From assembly GCA_038087875.1 (NCBI GenBank), contig CM075994.1, positions 1,428,001 to 1,492,000 of the forward strand: a DNA stretch of 64,000 nucleotides, written 5' to 3'. Below, one piece after another: positions 15,601-28,030 of this stretch. The translations under genes were made by a program, and so were the position numbers. Source of the DNA: Malacoraja senta. Lineage: Eukaryota. Under the pieces are notes generated by a model. The model worked only from the letters and a program-made list of their open reading frames with translations. It did no database searches and was not told the origin of the DNA. Positions within the stretch are counted from its first letter, which is position 1; each line of letters starts with the position of its first letter.

Positions 15601-18600
15601 AGACGAATGTGAGCCTTCCCCCACATCCCACCACTGCCTAAGGGAAGAGAAGCACCTCCGCCCCTCTCTCCACTTCCCCCAAAACCTACTGAATGACTCC
15701 CGGAAACACCGATCCTCCAGCAACCGGTTGTTAAAGTGCCAGTACGCGGACCCAGCCCTAGCGCGCGCCGGATTGAATTCCACACGCACCAGACAGTGAT
15801 CCGAGCATGGCACCACCCGCATTGAAGCCTCTGAGACACGGGCAACAAACGCTCGGGAAATATATATTCTGTCAATACGGGAACCACCACCCTCATACCT
15901 CCGCGAAAAAGCATTGGAATCCGGATGGAGGTTCCGCCATGCATCAACCAACTCAAAGGATTCAATCATCCCTCTCAACTTCTTCGCTACAGCAGGGGCA
16001 CACTGAGTACCAGAACGATCTCCCGCCTCAAGTGTGCAATTAAAGTCCCCACCAAGGAAAACACACTCTCCCCTATCAATAGTGCTCAACAGAGCAGTCA
16101 CCTCCTGAATTAGGCCAGCCTGCATCGTACCGGAGCTAGGGGCATACACGTTAATGAAATGCAACGGCATGCCATCCAAGCTCACTGCCAGATGGAGCAA
16201 ACGACCTGGCACAACTTCATTCACTTTTAAAATCGTTGGCAGAAAATTCTGGGCCAACAGAAAGGCCACCCCACTCGAATTTGAGCTGAGATGGCTCATG
16301 TAAACCCCCCCTTCCCACTCCAGTCTCCAGGTAGGTTCATCACTAACAACTGTGTGCGTCTCCTGCAGAAAACACACTGCAAATCTCCCCTCTTTAAGGC
16401 CTGATAAAAGCTGAAATCTACTAGTGGATTTACTAGTAGCGTGGATAGGGGAGAACCAGTGGATGTGGTGTATCTGGACTTCCAGAAGGCTTTCGACAAG
16501 GTCCCACATAAGAGATTAGTATACAAACTTAAAGCACATGGCATTGGGGGTTCAGTATTGATGTGGATAGAGAACTGGCTGGCAAACAGGAAGCAAAGAG
16601 TAGGAGTAAACGGGTCCTTTTCACAATGGCAGGCAGTGACTAGTGGGGTACCGCAAGGCTCAGTGCTGGGACCCCAGCTATTTACAATATATATTAATGA
16701 CCTGGATGAGGGAATTGAAGGCAATATCTCCAAGTTTGCGGATGACACTAAGCTGGGGGGCAGTGTTAGCTGTGAGGAGGATGCTAGGAGACTGCAAGGT
16801 GACTTGGATAGGCTGGGTGAGTGGGCAAATGTTTGGCAGATGCAGTATAATGTGGATAAATGTGAGGTTATCCATTTTGGTGGCAAAAACAGGAAAGCAG
16901 ACTATTTTCTAAATGGTGGCCGACTAGGAAAAGGGGAGATGCAGCGAGACCTGGGTATCATGGTACACCAGTCATTGAAAGTAGGCATGCAGGTGCAGCA
17001 GGCAGTGAAGAAAGCGAATGGTATGTTAGCTTTCATAGCAAAAGGATTTGAGTATAGGAGCAGGGAGGTTCTACTGCAGTTGTACAGGGTCTTGGTGAGA
17101 CCACACCTGGAGTATTGCGTACAGTTTTGGTCTCCAAATCTGAGGAAGGACATTATTGCCATAGAGGGAGTGCAGAGAAGGTTCACCAGACTGATTCCTG
17201 GGATGTCAGGACTGTCTTATGAAGAAAGACTGGATAGACTTGGTTTATACTCACTAGAATTTAGGAGATTGAGAGGGGATCTTATAGAAACTTACAAAAT
17301 TCTTAAGGGGTTGGACAGGCTAGATGCAGGAAGATTGCTCCCGATGTTGGGGAAGTCCAGGACAAGGGGTCACAGCTTAAGGATAAGGGGGAAATCCTTT
17401 AAAACCGAGATGAGAAGAACTTTTTTCACACAGAGAGTGGTGAATCTCTGGAACTCTCTGCCACAGAGGGTAGTCGAGGCCAGTTCATTGGCTATATTTA
17501 AGAGGGAGCTAGATGTGGCCCTTGTGGCTAAAGGGATCAGAGGGTATGGAGAGAAGGCAGGTACGGGATACTGAGTTGGATGATCAGCCATGATCATATT
17601 GAATGGCGGTGCAGGCTCGAAGGGCCGAATGGCCTACTCCTGCACCTAATTTCTATGTTTCTATGTTTCTAAAACTCGATCTACTCCCGTTTAAGTTTAA
17701 TGTTGCGACGGTGAATGTAAAGGCACACTTCATTAAACCCCCTCAGTCCCCGTAGACACAACAAATTTCTCTCTGAGTAACACCAAAAAGTCCCCAAACT
17801 GCCCCACCTCTAAGTCAGTAAGATCACTCTCCCTGCTGCCAAGAATATCCTCGAGAGTCGGAATCAAACCAGGCAGATCATCCCACCGCCTACCAGCAGC
17901 ATCCAATCTTGTTCTTGCGGAGCGGCTTGTTCTGAGAAACTCTCGAACCACCTTTATCTCACAATCAAGAGCCTCGGCCTTGGAGTCTGGGCACTCGGCC
18001 AACGCACTTGCACCTGCACCATCAGACTCCACAACACAACGTTCAAGGGCTCTTTCTGTAACTGAACGCCCAGAGCTCTCCAAAAGCTCTCCACCCCCAC
18101 TACCCAAACTTTCCGATTCACCCTCCCCTCCTCCTGCAAGACACCACCCCCAGGATCACTGCCAGGTAAGGGCCCCTAAACCCCCAACTGCAACAAGCAT
18201 CCCCCTGACTGGCTTGGCCCCTGCACGCTACCCTCACCCTCCACGCCTTGGCCTGGGGAAGCAAAAACACTAGGCTCCCCCAGGGCCTGGGATACACTGA
18301 CACCCCTTGAACCTAAAGGGACATCACCACCCAAACTATCCCCGACCTCCACACCACCTATAGCATCCCCACCACTAGCAACACCCAGAGGCTCGCCTCT
18401 TACTTTTAGCCTCTCCCCTTCCACCTCATCCGGCGATGCAGCACACCCCCCATTACCACCACTGGCACTGATGTGCAGCATAGACTGGAACACCACAGCC
18501 CCCGACCCACCCCCCTCAGGCTGACTCTGCTCATCCTCCATCTCAGGGGCCCCCCTACCAGGGGCACATACCCCATCCTCTGGCGTTCCATCACCCTCAA

Positions 18601-19325
18601 GAGGCCTCTGAAACGAGGGGACCTCCTCCGACCCAGAGGACACCCCCCCAGGGGAGCTCACCTCACCACCCGATGAGATAACTCCATCGGAAGACCCCTG
18701 AAATGAAGGGACAGCCACCCGCCCAGAGGACACAACTCCAGCGGAATCAACCCCCTCACCTGCCCTAATTTTCGCCTCACGCCCTTCCTCTTCCTCGCCA
18801 GGCCTATTCCTTTTCACCCCACTAGCATGCGGCAGTACGGTGACCTCCATAAAGGAAGGTCTTCCACCCCCTCCCTACCCCCATCCACTATACCCCCCGC
18901 ACCCTTTACCAACCCTTCCCCCGTCTGAGCGATCTCATCGCCTTGCTGGGCCACATCAAGCACACTCTGGACCTCACTAGAACTAACACGCATATTTTTA
19001 CTCTCCGGATGGCCCTTTCCCTTCTTCTTCCTCCCCTTCTTCACCTCCCACTTCCCCTCCCCGTCTTCATCCTCCCCCTCTCCACCCTCTCCCTCCCCCT
19101 CACCATTAGCCACCACCACCTCCACAGTCTCAGGACGCAGGGGCCTGAGGCCTTCCCCGCCCCGGGTCCCCAAGGCAGAACTTTCAGACCCAGATGGCCT
19201 ATCACTTCCGCCCCGGATCCCCGAGGTAGAGCTAGCCGCCCTAGCCAGGTCAGCAGTGCCGCCCCCCGCGCCACCGAGGCATGATGTACCACCCCGGATG
19301 GGCCAGCATTGCAATCCTGGGCCAC
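12693..19325 (-). mobile_element. Tx1-clade L1 retrotransposon (ORF1 3' part plus frameshifted ORF2), interrupted by a CR1 and truncated at the gap
   Basis: ORF2 starts at 17733 (MKCAFTFTVATLNLNG). It contains FLQETH, NVYAP, GGDFN, SRIDRIY, SDH, KSPGMDGL, KNWRPVSLL, LDQEKAFDRV, GVRQGCP, AYADD and the C-terminal CIFCGEEETVFHVYMEC knuckle. AATAAA plus an A-rich tail lie at 12693-12718. Confidence 0.92.
16420..17671 (+). mobile_element. 5'-truncated young CR1 inserted in the Tx1 ORF2; open RT C-terminal frame 16441-17574
   Basis: YLDFQKAFDKV, GVPQGSVLGP, KFADD; 3' UTR ending in (TTTCTATG)n. Confidence 0.95.
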
Positions 19326-19525
19326 NNNNNNNNNNNNNNNNNNNNNNNNNNNNNNNNNNNNNNNNNNNNNNNNNNNNNNNNNNNNNNNNNNNNNNNNNNN
19401 NNNNNNNNNNNNNNNNNNNNNNNNNNNNNNNNNNNNNNNNNNNNNNNNNNNNNNNNNNNNNNNNNNNNNNNNNNNNNNNNNNNNNNNNNNNNNNNNNNNN
19501 NNNNNNNNNNNNNNNNNNNNNNNNN
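19326..19525. other. Assembly gap (200 N)
   Basis: Run of n. Confidence 1.
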
Positions 19526-19544
19526 GTATTAATATGATCGTTGA

Positions 19545-19940
19545 TTCCGCTAGTGTTTCAGGTAGGTTTTGCTCTTTATAAGCATATGTATACATTTTTT
19601 GTAATCGTGGAGTAACTATATCATAAAAGATTTATAAAATTCATTACTGAATCCGTCTGGTCCTGGTGTTTTTCCATTTTTTAGTGTTTTTATTGTGTCT
19701 TCTATCTCCTTAGAAGTAATTTGTGCTCCCAGTTCCTCTTGTTCCCTGCGTTCTAATTGTGGTAGATTACAATTATCTAAAAATTCTGAGATTTTATTAT
19801 TGTCTATTGACGTTTTAGATGTGTATAGATTCTGGTAAAATTGAGCAAATCTTTTATTAATATCCTTGGGTAGTGTTAATACTTCCCCTCTATCTGATTT
19901 AATCTTTAATATTGCATTCTCTTTTTCCCGTTTTTTAAGT
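19545..19940 (-). mobile_element. L1 ORF2 internal fragment
   Basis: INKRFAQFYQNLYTS...LKNGKTPGPDGFSNEFYK. Confidence 0.85.
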
Positions 19941-22595
19941 ATGATTGGAATTTGGCTCCTAGTGCACCTCCACTTCCCTATCAGCCCCCGGGTCAAACTC
20001 CACCCACACCACAGTCCGAGCCCTAGTCAGTGGTGACAGGAATTTACCCAAGTTTACCCAAGGCAGAGTCAGGAACCGACAGTGCATCCACCTCAGGCGT
20101 CTGACCCAAGAGAAAGGAGAAGCCCCAGTTTACAGACCCCGTAGCATGGCATACTAGGTCCCAGTCTAGAGACCAGGCGCAAGAAGGACAGGAGGAAAGG
20201 AGGTCACACAGTTGGGACTGTAGAAGGGAGCACTTGGCTGAGAAAGCCAAACCTAGAGCAACAAGAGAAGGTGCTGAAATAGACGGAATAAGAAAGCATT
20301 CTCCAGGCGCCAATATCCTGTCAGAAGGGTCCCTAACCCCAGAGCCCTAATACCTCCTCCACCCAACGAACACAACGGCGAAACAGCCATGAATAATGTG
20401 TGGCTGCCGTGGAAACCAAATGAGATGATGGCAATTTTGTTGGGAGTGCATAATAAGAATCCACAAGGTTTCATTGAATTTTTAAGAACAACGATATCTG
20501 TATATCACTCAGATTCCAGACATTTATGGGCACTACTTCAGCAAGTATTAACAGCAATTGAGCATACCAGATTCTTGGTTCACTTAACCTATGACAACCA
20601 CACAGCCTTAGAGGCGGCGCACCCAGGGGCAGGTAACAATGAGGATCGATAACAGCTTATGTTGACAGCCGTGGGCCTCACTCTCCAGCAGCCAATCGAT
20701 ATATCGAAGGTTTTGGGTATGAAACCAGAGGAAGGAGAGGCTGCAGAAGATTTTCTGGAAAGGTTGAAAACCATCTACGGCAACCAGTCAGGTGACACTC
20801 AGTATCAGCAAGGAAATGACTCGCCACAGTTTTGTGCTATGCTTATGAACTGCTTGCCTTCCAGCGTCGCAATGGCTATTAAAACCAATAATATGGACTG
20901 GTCAGAGTCTTCATCAGCCCGCATGTCAAGAGCTGTGAGAGCCTTTTCGAAAGTCTATACTATTGGAGACAGGGAAGGCCAGGTAAAGGTAATAAAACGA
21001 ATATGTGATGAGAGAAACGAGAGAAGGGCTATCTGCAAATATTACATGGATTCCCAATATGCTTTTGGAGTGGTTCATGATTACGGACAATTAAGGAAGA
21101 ATCGGGGGTTTCTAACCTCTTCAGGGACAGCGATATCTCACACAAATTGGTTTCTAATTCGCTACAGACCATTCAGTTACCCAGTCAGCATGCTGTTATC
21201 AAAGTTAGAACCCATACTACAGGCCAAAGCCCCCATAGACATAGGAAATTGCCTTGCCGACGGGGCAGCTAAGAAAGCTTCTAGGAGTTACCAAATTGTT
21301 GAGCCCCACATGATGAGGCAGACTAATAGTTTTGAATCCTTATTTTGCTATATGGTTAGGAATATGCGACTGATTACCGGACTGACTAACTGAAGGACGT
21401 TTAATTGAGTGAATAGTTGTTTAAGCCAATTAAGTAAGAAATGAGCTTTTTGTGAGCCTTTGCATATTCCAGATAAATTAAAATGAGGCGATTCGTCCTA
21501 CTATGCATCCTGATGCTACTACAGATGGAGGGAAATGAAGGAAAAATTCAACGATGTGTCCCGGGACAAACAAGCAGAGTCTTTCACCTCTGCAAAGGAG
21601 ATGTGGTACAGTGCAATGGCCCAGATGCCTTTGGATCTCGGAGCGTCACCAAGATTGACTATTGCAATGGGATACTGCGTCAGCCCGATCGGTGGGTAGA
21701 CTTAGATAACCGAAACCTGTGGGAATTACCCTGTTGGTTTCAGGAGTGCAAATTTGACTTTTTCTGCAGACGGAATCCCTTGGAAGACAACTCGGCAAAG
21801 AAACATTTGTATGATGGACTATGCTATCGAGAAGCATTAGAGGTCTACCCTTGTTTACAGGAGAAAGAACATGGGGAAAAACACGGGAAAAATGGGCATT
21901 GGAAAAAACTGACTCGAACATGTTTATACAAGCCCATAATGAACTATTTGATGAAGGACAAATTGTGTGTTACCTTGCTATGAAATCAGTTAGTTGCCTA
22001 TTTGCAGTGTCTACAGAGTGCGGGAGGACTGAACGGTTAGTAAGGTGTCAAGTTGAGAAGTCAGTTCCGGTCGAAACTGTCACCTAATTTTTGCCACTAC
22101 CTCGTGACAATGAGCATTCTTACCCGGGTTATGAGGACAAGACTTATGCGGTGTACTATCAGAAATAGGTCTGTTCTCTTTACAGAATAGATATGCCTTA
22201 TACTATCTGTTGGCCCGTGAGGGAGGGTTGTGTGCTATTGTGAAAGACAGATGTATGGTCAGGTCAGGTCAGAACTAGTAACATCACCAAACAGCAAAAT
22301 GACATTATTACCCTGCTGAATGGGATGAAGGAGGGTATTGAATGGGGAGACTGGGGATTTAGGGGATTATATAATTGGATCATTAGTATGGCCATATATG
22401 CAGCAACAGTGGTTTTGTGTTTGTTCGTGGGAATTGCTTTCGTTAAATGTATTATTGCTAGACTAATGACATCCCTGGGTAATGTGGAAACTGGTGAGAA
22501 GATATTATTGCAACATCTAGAAGAAGACATTCCAATGTTGAAGGATGAGGTAGTTGAAAGTATGGTAAATGCGCAGGTTGAGAAGGAATTGTTAG
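19941..22595 (+). mobile_element. Internally deleted epsilon-like ERV remnant, copy 2
   Basis: Near-identical to 8290-10965. Gag-RNase H fused frame 20389-21393 has a TAA at 20650-20652; LQNRYALYYLLAREGGLCAIVKDRC at about 22180-22255; TM anchor 22325-22480. Confidence 0.85.
21483..21983 (+). CDS. 166-aa Cys-rich signal-peptide ORF, env N-terminal-like (copy 2)
   Basis: As for 9846-10346. Confidence 0.5.
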   Translation: MRRFVLLCILMLLQMEGNEGKIQRCVPGQTSRVFHLCKGDVVQCNGPDAFGSRSVTKIDYCNGILRQPDRWVDLDNRNLWELPCWFQECKFDFFCRRNPLEDNSAKKHLYDGLCYREALEVYPCLQEKEHGEKHGKNGHWKKLTRTCLYKPIMNYLMKDKLCVTLL

Positions 22596-22737
22596 CACTG
22601 TGGAGGAGGTGGGTACACGCCCCTAGTAACGTTACTCCCTGCCCTGCTCACAGGTCTGTGACCAACCTGGAGTACATCAGTGTCAGTACAGTGGAGGAGG
22701 TCGGTACACGCCGCTAGTAACCTTACTCCCCACCCTG

Positions 22738-22828
22738 ACAGCTATGAACGATTATTCATCACGGAGCCACATTGTCTTTCAGCTGCACATGGAAGGGAGT
22801 GACTCTGCCAACGGCCTGGTGTGTAGAT
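22738..22828 (+). pseudogene. KIFC1: Displaced kinesin-14 switch-I exon fragment (copy 2)
   Basis: TAMNDYSSRSHIVFQLHMEG..., GTGAGT donor at 22829. Confidence 0.85.
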
Positions 22829-22964
22829 GTGAGTAATTGCACCATTGTGAGTGGCTGGCACCGACGTGCAGGGCACCCTGGCCCAGTGTGGCTGCCGTCC
22901 TGTCTGTGTCTGTGTTTGGCCGGGGTCCTGTGAGGTAACAGTCCCACCTGGTTGAGCCACTGTG

Positions 22965-23505
22965 GGTGACACAAAGCTGGGTGCAGTGTGAACTGTGAGG
23001 AGGATGCTATGAGAATGCACGGTGACTTGGACAGGTTGGGGGAGTGGGCAGATTCATGGCAGATGAAATTTAATGCGGTTAAATGTGAGGTTGTCCACTT
23101 TGGTGGCAAAAACAGGAAGGCAGATTGCTATCTAAATGGCATCAAGTTGGGAAAAGGGGAAGTACAACGGGATCTGGGGGGTCCTTGTTCATCAGTCTAT
23201 GAAAGTAAGCATGCAGATACAGGAGGCAGTGAAGAAACCGAATGGCATGTTGGCCTTTATAACAAGAGGAATCGAATATAGGAGCAAAGATGTCCTTCTG
23301 CAGTTGTACAAAGCCCTAGTGACACCACACCTGGAGTATTGTGTGCAGTTTTGGTCTCCTAATTTGAGGAAGGACATTCTTGCTATTGAGGGAGTGCAGA
23401 GTAGGTTTACAAGGTTAATTCCCGGGATGACTGGACTGTCATATGCGGCTAGGATTGTACACTCTGAAGTTTAGAATGATGAGAGGGGATCTCATTTAGA
23501 AGGAT
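22965..23505 (+). mobile_element. CR1 ORF2 internal fragment (copy 2)
   Basis: ORFs 22988-23281 and 23136-23474. Confidence 0.9.
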
Positions 23506-23845
23506 GAGAGTGGCACAGACTGGCTTAACATGGTTAAAACTGCTTCCTGTATCTCTTTTTCCGATACGGACCACTCCTTTTGGTACGGCACGACTTACGC
23601 CTGCGGAAATCATATATGGTCGATGTTTACGGACGCCATGGAATGACCATGTCCCCGCAGCGGTCCATTACCACCAGATAACTGAGGAAATGACATCCTA
23701 TGTGTTAACTTTAACCGGTGCTTTGCGAACTTCTCATTCACAGGGCAGGGCTGCATATGGTGTGGCGCCAGCGCTCAAAGTTCCATCTAATATTGAGCCC
23801 TGGCTACGTGCTGGTCAGGAACTGGACGCATAAGCACTTGGACCC
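23506..23845 (+). mobile_element. Retroviral integrase C-terminal fragment (copy 2)
   Basis: QTGLTWLKLLPVSLFPIRTTP...LTPAEIIYGR. Confidence 0.8.
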
Positions 23846-24039
23846 AATTCGGTGATCCCAATTTCAAAACCCTGCTGGTATATCACAAGAAAAAGTGCCA
23901 TATGAAGAAAATACGAAGAAAGTGCTAAATAACATAAATAATACAAAAAACAGGATTTAAAGATACTGTACGTGCAGCCCACCCCCTGGTGGGAAATTTA
24001 CAGTGAACTTCCGTGGATGTTAATTGCAATTAGCTCCGC

Positions 24040-25103
24040 CCCTTACAAAGTAATATTGCCTGTGTAGGCAAAAGTAACGTGGCAATGATGACATGCTTTA
24101 ATGTCATAGACTCTAAAACTCTTGTGGAAACGGTGACACAACTAAGGCCATCCAACTGCTGCTTTGATGCTTTACCTACCAACTTCTTTAAGAATGTTTT
24201 TGACTGCCTAGCAATAGACATACTGCAAATAGTTAACAGCTCTCTTCAATCAGGCAATTTCCCAAAAGTCTTGAAAACTGCAGTTATTAAACCGCTTTTA
24301 AAAAAGCGGAGCCTAGATGCCTCTATTATTAACAACTATAGACCAATATCAAACCTACCTTTCATAAGTAAAATCATTGAGAAAGTTGTCCTCCAGCAAC
24401 TTAATCACTTCCTGGTTCAACTGGCTGCTACGACAACTTCCAGTCAGGATTTCGACCTCTTCATAGCACTGAGACCGCCCTTATTAATGTTGTAGACGAC
24501 ATCCATCTTAACACAGACTCTGGCAAAGTTTCAATATTAATGCTATTAGACCTCAGTGCTGCATTCGACACTCAATACTTTTGGACAGGTTGGAAAAATG
24601 GGTGGGGCTTTCAGGCACCGTCTTAAGTTGGTTCAGGTCATATCTGCAAGATGGGAACTATTTTGTTTCCATTGGTGACTTTGTATCAGAACCAACCAAC
24701 ATGACGTGTGGAGTCCCGCAAGGTTCGATCTTAGGGCCCTCTTTATTCAACATCTACATGCTCCCACTAGGGCAAATCATGCGAAATAATAATATTCACA
24801 ACCACTGCTATGCCGATGACACTCAAATGTATGTAGCGCTATCACCAAATGACTATCGCCCCATAGATCTGCTGTGCCAGTGCATTGAGCAAGTCAAAGA
24901 CTGGATGTGCCAAAATTTCCTCCAACTAAATAAGGACAAAACGGAGATAATTGTTTTTGGTGCTAAAAAAGAAAGGCCTATAGTAACCCAACACCTTCAC
25001 TCTCTGTCCCTGAAAACTTCAAACAAAGCCAGAAATCTCGGGGTTATTATGGATTCAGATTTACATTTCGACAGTCACATCAAATCAGTAACAAAATCGG
25101 CCA
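24040..25103 (+). mobile_element. L2 LINE RT fragment without tail
   Basis: NYRPISNLPFISKIIEK, LLDLSAAFDT, CGVPQGSILGP, CYADDTQ, NFLQLNKDKTE. Confidence 0.9.
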
Positions 25104-25139
25104 GTTGCAACAAAAAAAATCGGAATAAACAGGATATTA

Positions 25140-25329
25140 TGTAAACAGAAAAAACAGAACAAAGTCTGTAAATAATTTCCTCTAACAGGGTTACATTTCT
25201 TCTTATAGCTTGCCTCCAAGTTGGGTGTTTACTATTTAAATACCCTCTTTAAATTAAGACATCTTGCTTAATGATATTCGTAAGTTAAATACAGAACCGG
25301 TTAAAGACCGTCAGGCTTGAAGGGGTTAA
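25140..25329 (+). mobile_element. Possible piggyBac-type terminal fragment (also about 12410-12583)
   Basis: AT-rich segment ending ...CTTGAAGGGG|TTAA, the piggyBac terminal/target signature; no partner left end found. Confidence 0.4.
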
Positions 25330-25371
25330 TTAAAATCTCCAGCATTCTCACCGGTAGCACGAGAGCTAGCT

Positions 25372-25633
<262 letters not shown>

Positions 25634-25639
25634 TGGACC

Positions 25640-25800
25640 TGTGGGCAGGGTGGGGAGTAACCTTGCTAGGGGGCGTGTACCCACCTCCACTGTACTGACA
25701 CTGATGTACTCCAGGTTGGTCACGGACCTGTGGGCAAGGTGGGGAGTAACGTTACTAGGGGCGTGTACCCACCTCCTCCACTGTGCCGACACTGATGTAC
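25640..25800 (-). repeat. About 88-bp tandem repeat built from the kinesin exon 3' end and donor
   Basis: Repeated ACCAACCTGGAGTACATCAGTGTC...GGAGGTGGGTACACGCCCC. Confidence 0.85.
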
Positions 25801-25994
25801 TCCAGGTTGGTGAAGTACAGCTGCTCACTCTTGTTACTCCGTTGCTTGATCTCGTACACAACTGCCTTCTGTGATTTGGTTACCAACAGGTCACGGATGG
25901 TCTCTTTGTAGATCTCCAGAAAGCTGGCCGTGAACTTGTACTGAAACCACAGCACACAAACAGTGCTGGTGTAGCTCCCACAATGCTCACACTG

Positions 25995-26280
25995 GGCAGC
26001 ACCCAGAGCCCAGAGCCCACAGAAGGGGCTGCAAAAGGGCCCAGAGCCCAGAGAAGGGGCTGCAACAGGGTCCAGAGGCAGAGGCTGCCACAACGCCCAG
26101 AGCCCAGAGGCAAGGGCCGCCACAGGGCCCAGAGCCCAGAGAAGGGGCTGCCACAGGGCCCACACCCCAGAGAAGGGGCTGTTACAGGGCTCAGAGCCCA
26201 GAGAAGGGGCTGCCACAGGGTCCAGAGGCAGAGGCTGCCACAGGGCCCGGAGCCCAGAGGCAAGGGCTGCCACAGGGCTT
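25995..26280. repeat. Intronic minisatellite (about 27-29 bp; agggcccagagcccagagaaggggctgccac)
   Basis: Direct sequence. Confidence 0.9.
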
Positions 26281-26977
26281 TGTGTGAGGTGCAGCTTGTG
26301 TGTGCAGCCAGGCGGTGGTGCCAGGAACAAGCTACCAGTGGGAAGGCTGTGTCCAAGGCAGAGGGGCAGACAGGGACATCATGTAACAGCTGCACCAGGC
26401 CACTCCAGGCCTCTCCAGGCCTGACAGCAGTGAGAGCTTGCACTTAGCCAGGTACCAATCTCAGGGCCACAGAGTTGGAGATGTCTGTTTACACAGGAAC
26501 AGTGGGTTGGGGGAAAGCTAGAAGGCTCCTACCAGTTGTGAAGTGTTTTGTGTCTAGACTCCTGCCTGCCTGCCTGCTGGCCACACTGCAGATACTCACC
26601 AGCCGTCCCATGGTCTTGAGTCTACGCGCAGTGACGTAGATCTGATCGCCTGCGCGTGGAATCATCCCCTAGGTGTCACACGTCAGCTCGTCTGGCCTCT
26701 CCATGGTGTAGGTCTTGCCACTGCCTGTTTGACCGTAGGCAAAGATACAAACGTTGTAGCCATCCAAGGCAGACTGGGAGAGAAAGGCAGGCAGCGTCAC
26801 GACAGGAGAGTCCGTCCATTCATAATGCCCACAACCTCTTTGATGCCCATGTCAACCATTCCAACACAGTGGTGACAAGACAGCATCCGTTACCCACCCA
26901 CCTCACCAATGGTGGGACGGGCTCATAGACCAGGGTGTGTCTACGTTACTGTCATGCCCATCCACTGTGGAAGGGTG

Positions 26978-27212
26978 ACAATAAATGCTGCAGTAACTCA
27001 GCAGGTCAGACAGCATCTCTCGGGAGAAGGAACGGGTGATGTTTCAGGTCGAGACCCTTCTTCTGAAGACCATTCTTCATCTGAAGAGGGGTCTCGAGCT
27101 GAAATGTCACCATTCCTTCTCTCCAGAGACGCAGCCCTTCCCGCTGAGTTACTCCAGCTTTCTGTGTCTATCTTGGGTTTAAACCAGCATCAATCTGCAG
27201 TTCCTTCTTCCC
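26978..27212 (+). mobile_element. Penelope-derived inverted-pLTR mini-element with 13-bp TSD
   Basis: Inverted arms around 27060-27080; CTGTGGAAGGGTG duplicated at 26965-26977 and 27213-27225; degenerate CTGAAGA...GAAA motif at 27081-27108. Confidence 0.75.
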
Positions 27213-27769
27213 CTGTGGAAGGGTGTCTACGGACACTGAGCAATATTAGACAGAAGCCTTGAACAGGCGTAGCAGGGGGATCCACACAGAGTGAGTGGAT
27301 CAGTGATGTGTACACCAGACTAACCTGCATCAGCTGAGAGATGTCTTCAAACACTTCTTCCTGCTTTGCCACTGGCTGGAAAATGTGGTCAAAACTGAAG
27401 TCGTGTTTCACCGCATCTTTCCGGTTGTTCCCAGTGCGAGACTATAAATAATTTGAGGAAAGTTCAGTTTGCAGCTGAACATTGAATGGCGTCATCAGTT
27501 AGGGCAGGCTCAGCACGAGGTCTTGATCAAATCCCATTACACTATATGCACCATGTTTACATGTAGGAACAACCGAGACCGACTCCTTCCTCAGCCTGAC
27601 CACCACAGGAGATCATGCAGACAGTGTGATAGAGCCCTGTGCCAACCGAACTCCCCTACACACCGAAACGGAGTCCTCCCTCAGCCTGAACACCACAGGA
27701 GACGCCATTGAATGGCGGTGCTGGTTCAAAGGGCAGAATGGCCTACTCCTGCACCTATTGTCTATTGAG

Positions 27770-28030
27770 ACAATGCAGCCAGTGTTATAGAGGCCTGTGT
27801 CACCAGATGTCCCCTAGACACCACCTCACCACAAGGTAATGGAGTCAAGAGCACGCAGCCAGTGTGTTAGAGACCTGGGCCACCAGAAATGCACTTGACA
27901 CCATCCCACTAGTCACCACCTCACCACCAGTTAATGGAGTCAGGAACACCGCAGATAGTGTGGGAGCCCTGTCCCACTATAACACTGTACACCACCAGTT
28001 AATAGAGTCAGCACCGTGCACAGTGTGATA
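27770..28030. repeat. Intronic minisatellite split by the CR1 (continues 32365-32530)
   Basis: Repeated ccctgtcccactataacactg..caccaccagttaatggagtcagg on both sides of the CR1. Confidence 0.75.

Noticed and set aside
22325..22717. Env-TM/kinesin fusion protein
   Set aside because: The frame runs into the intronic repeat (TNLEYISVSTVEE) and stops before the switch-I exon; upstream env is broken and there is no evidence of function.
25755..26330. 191-aa ORF as a standalone kinesin protein
   Set aside because: Only 25773-25940 is exon; the rest is intronic minisatellite read-through.
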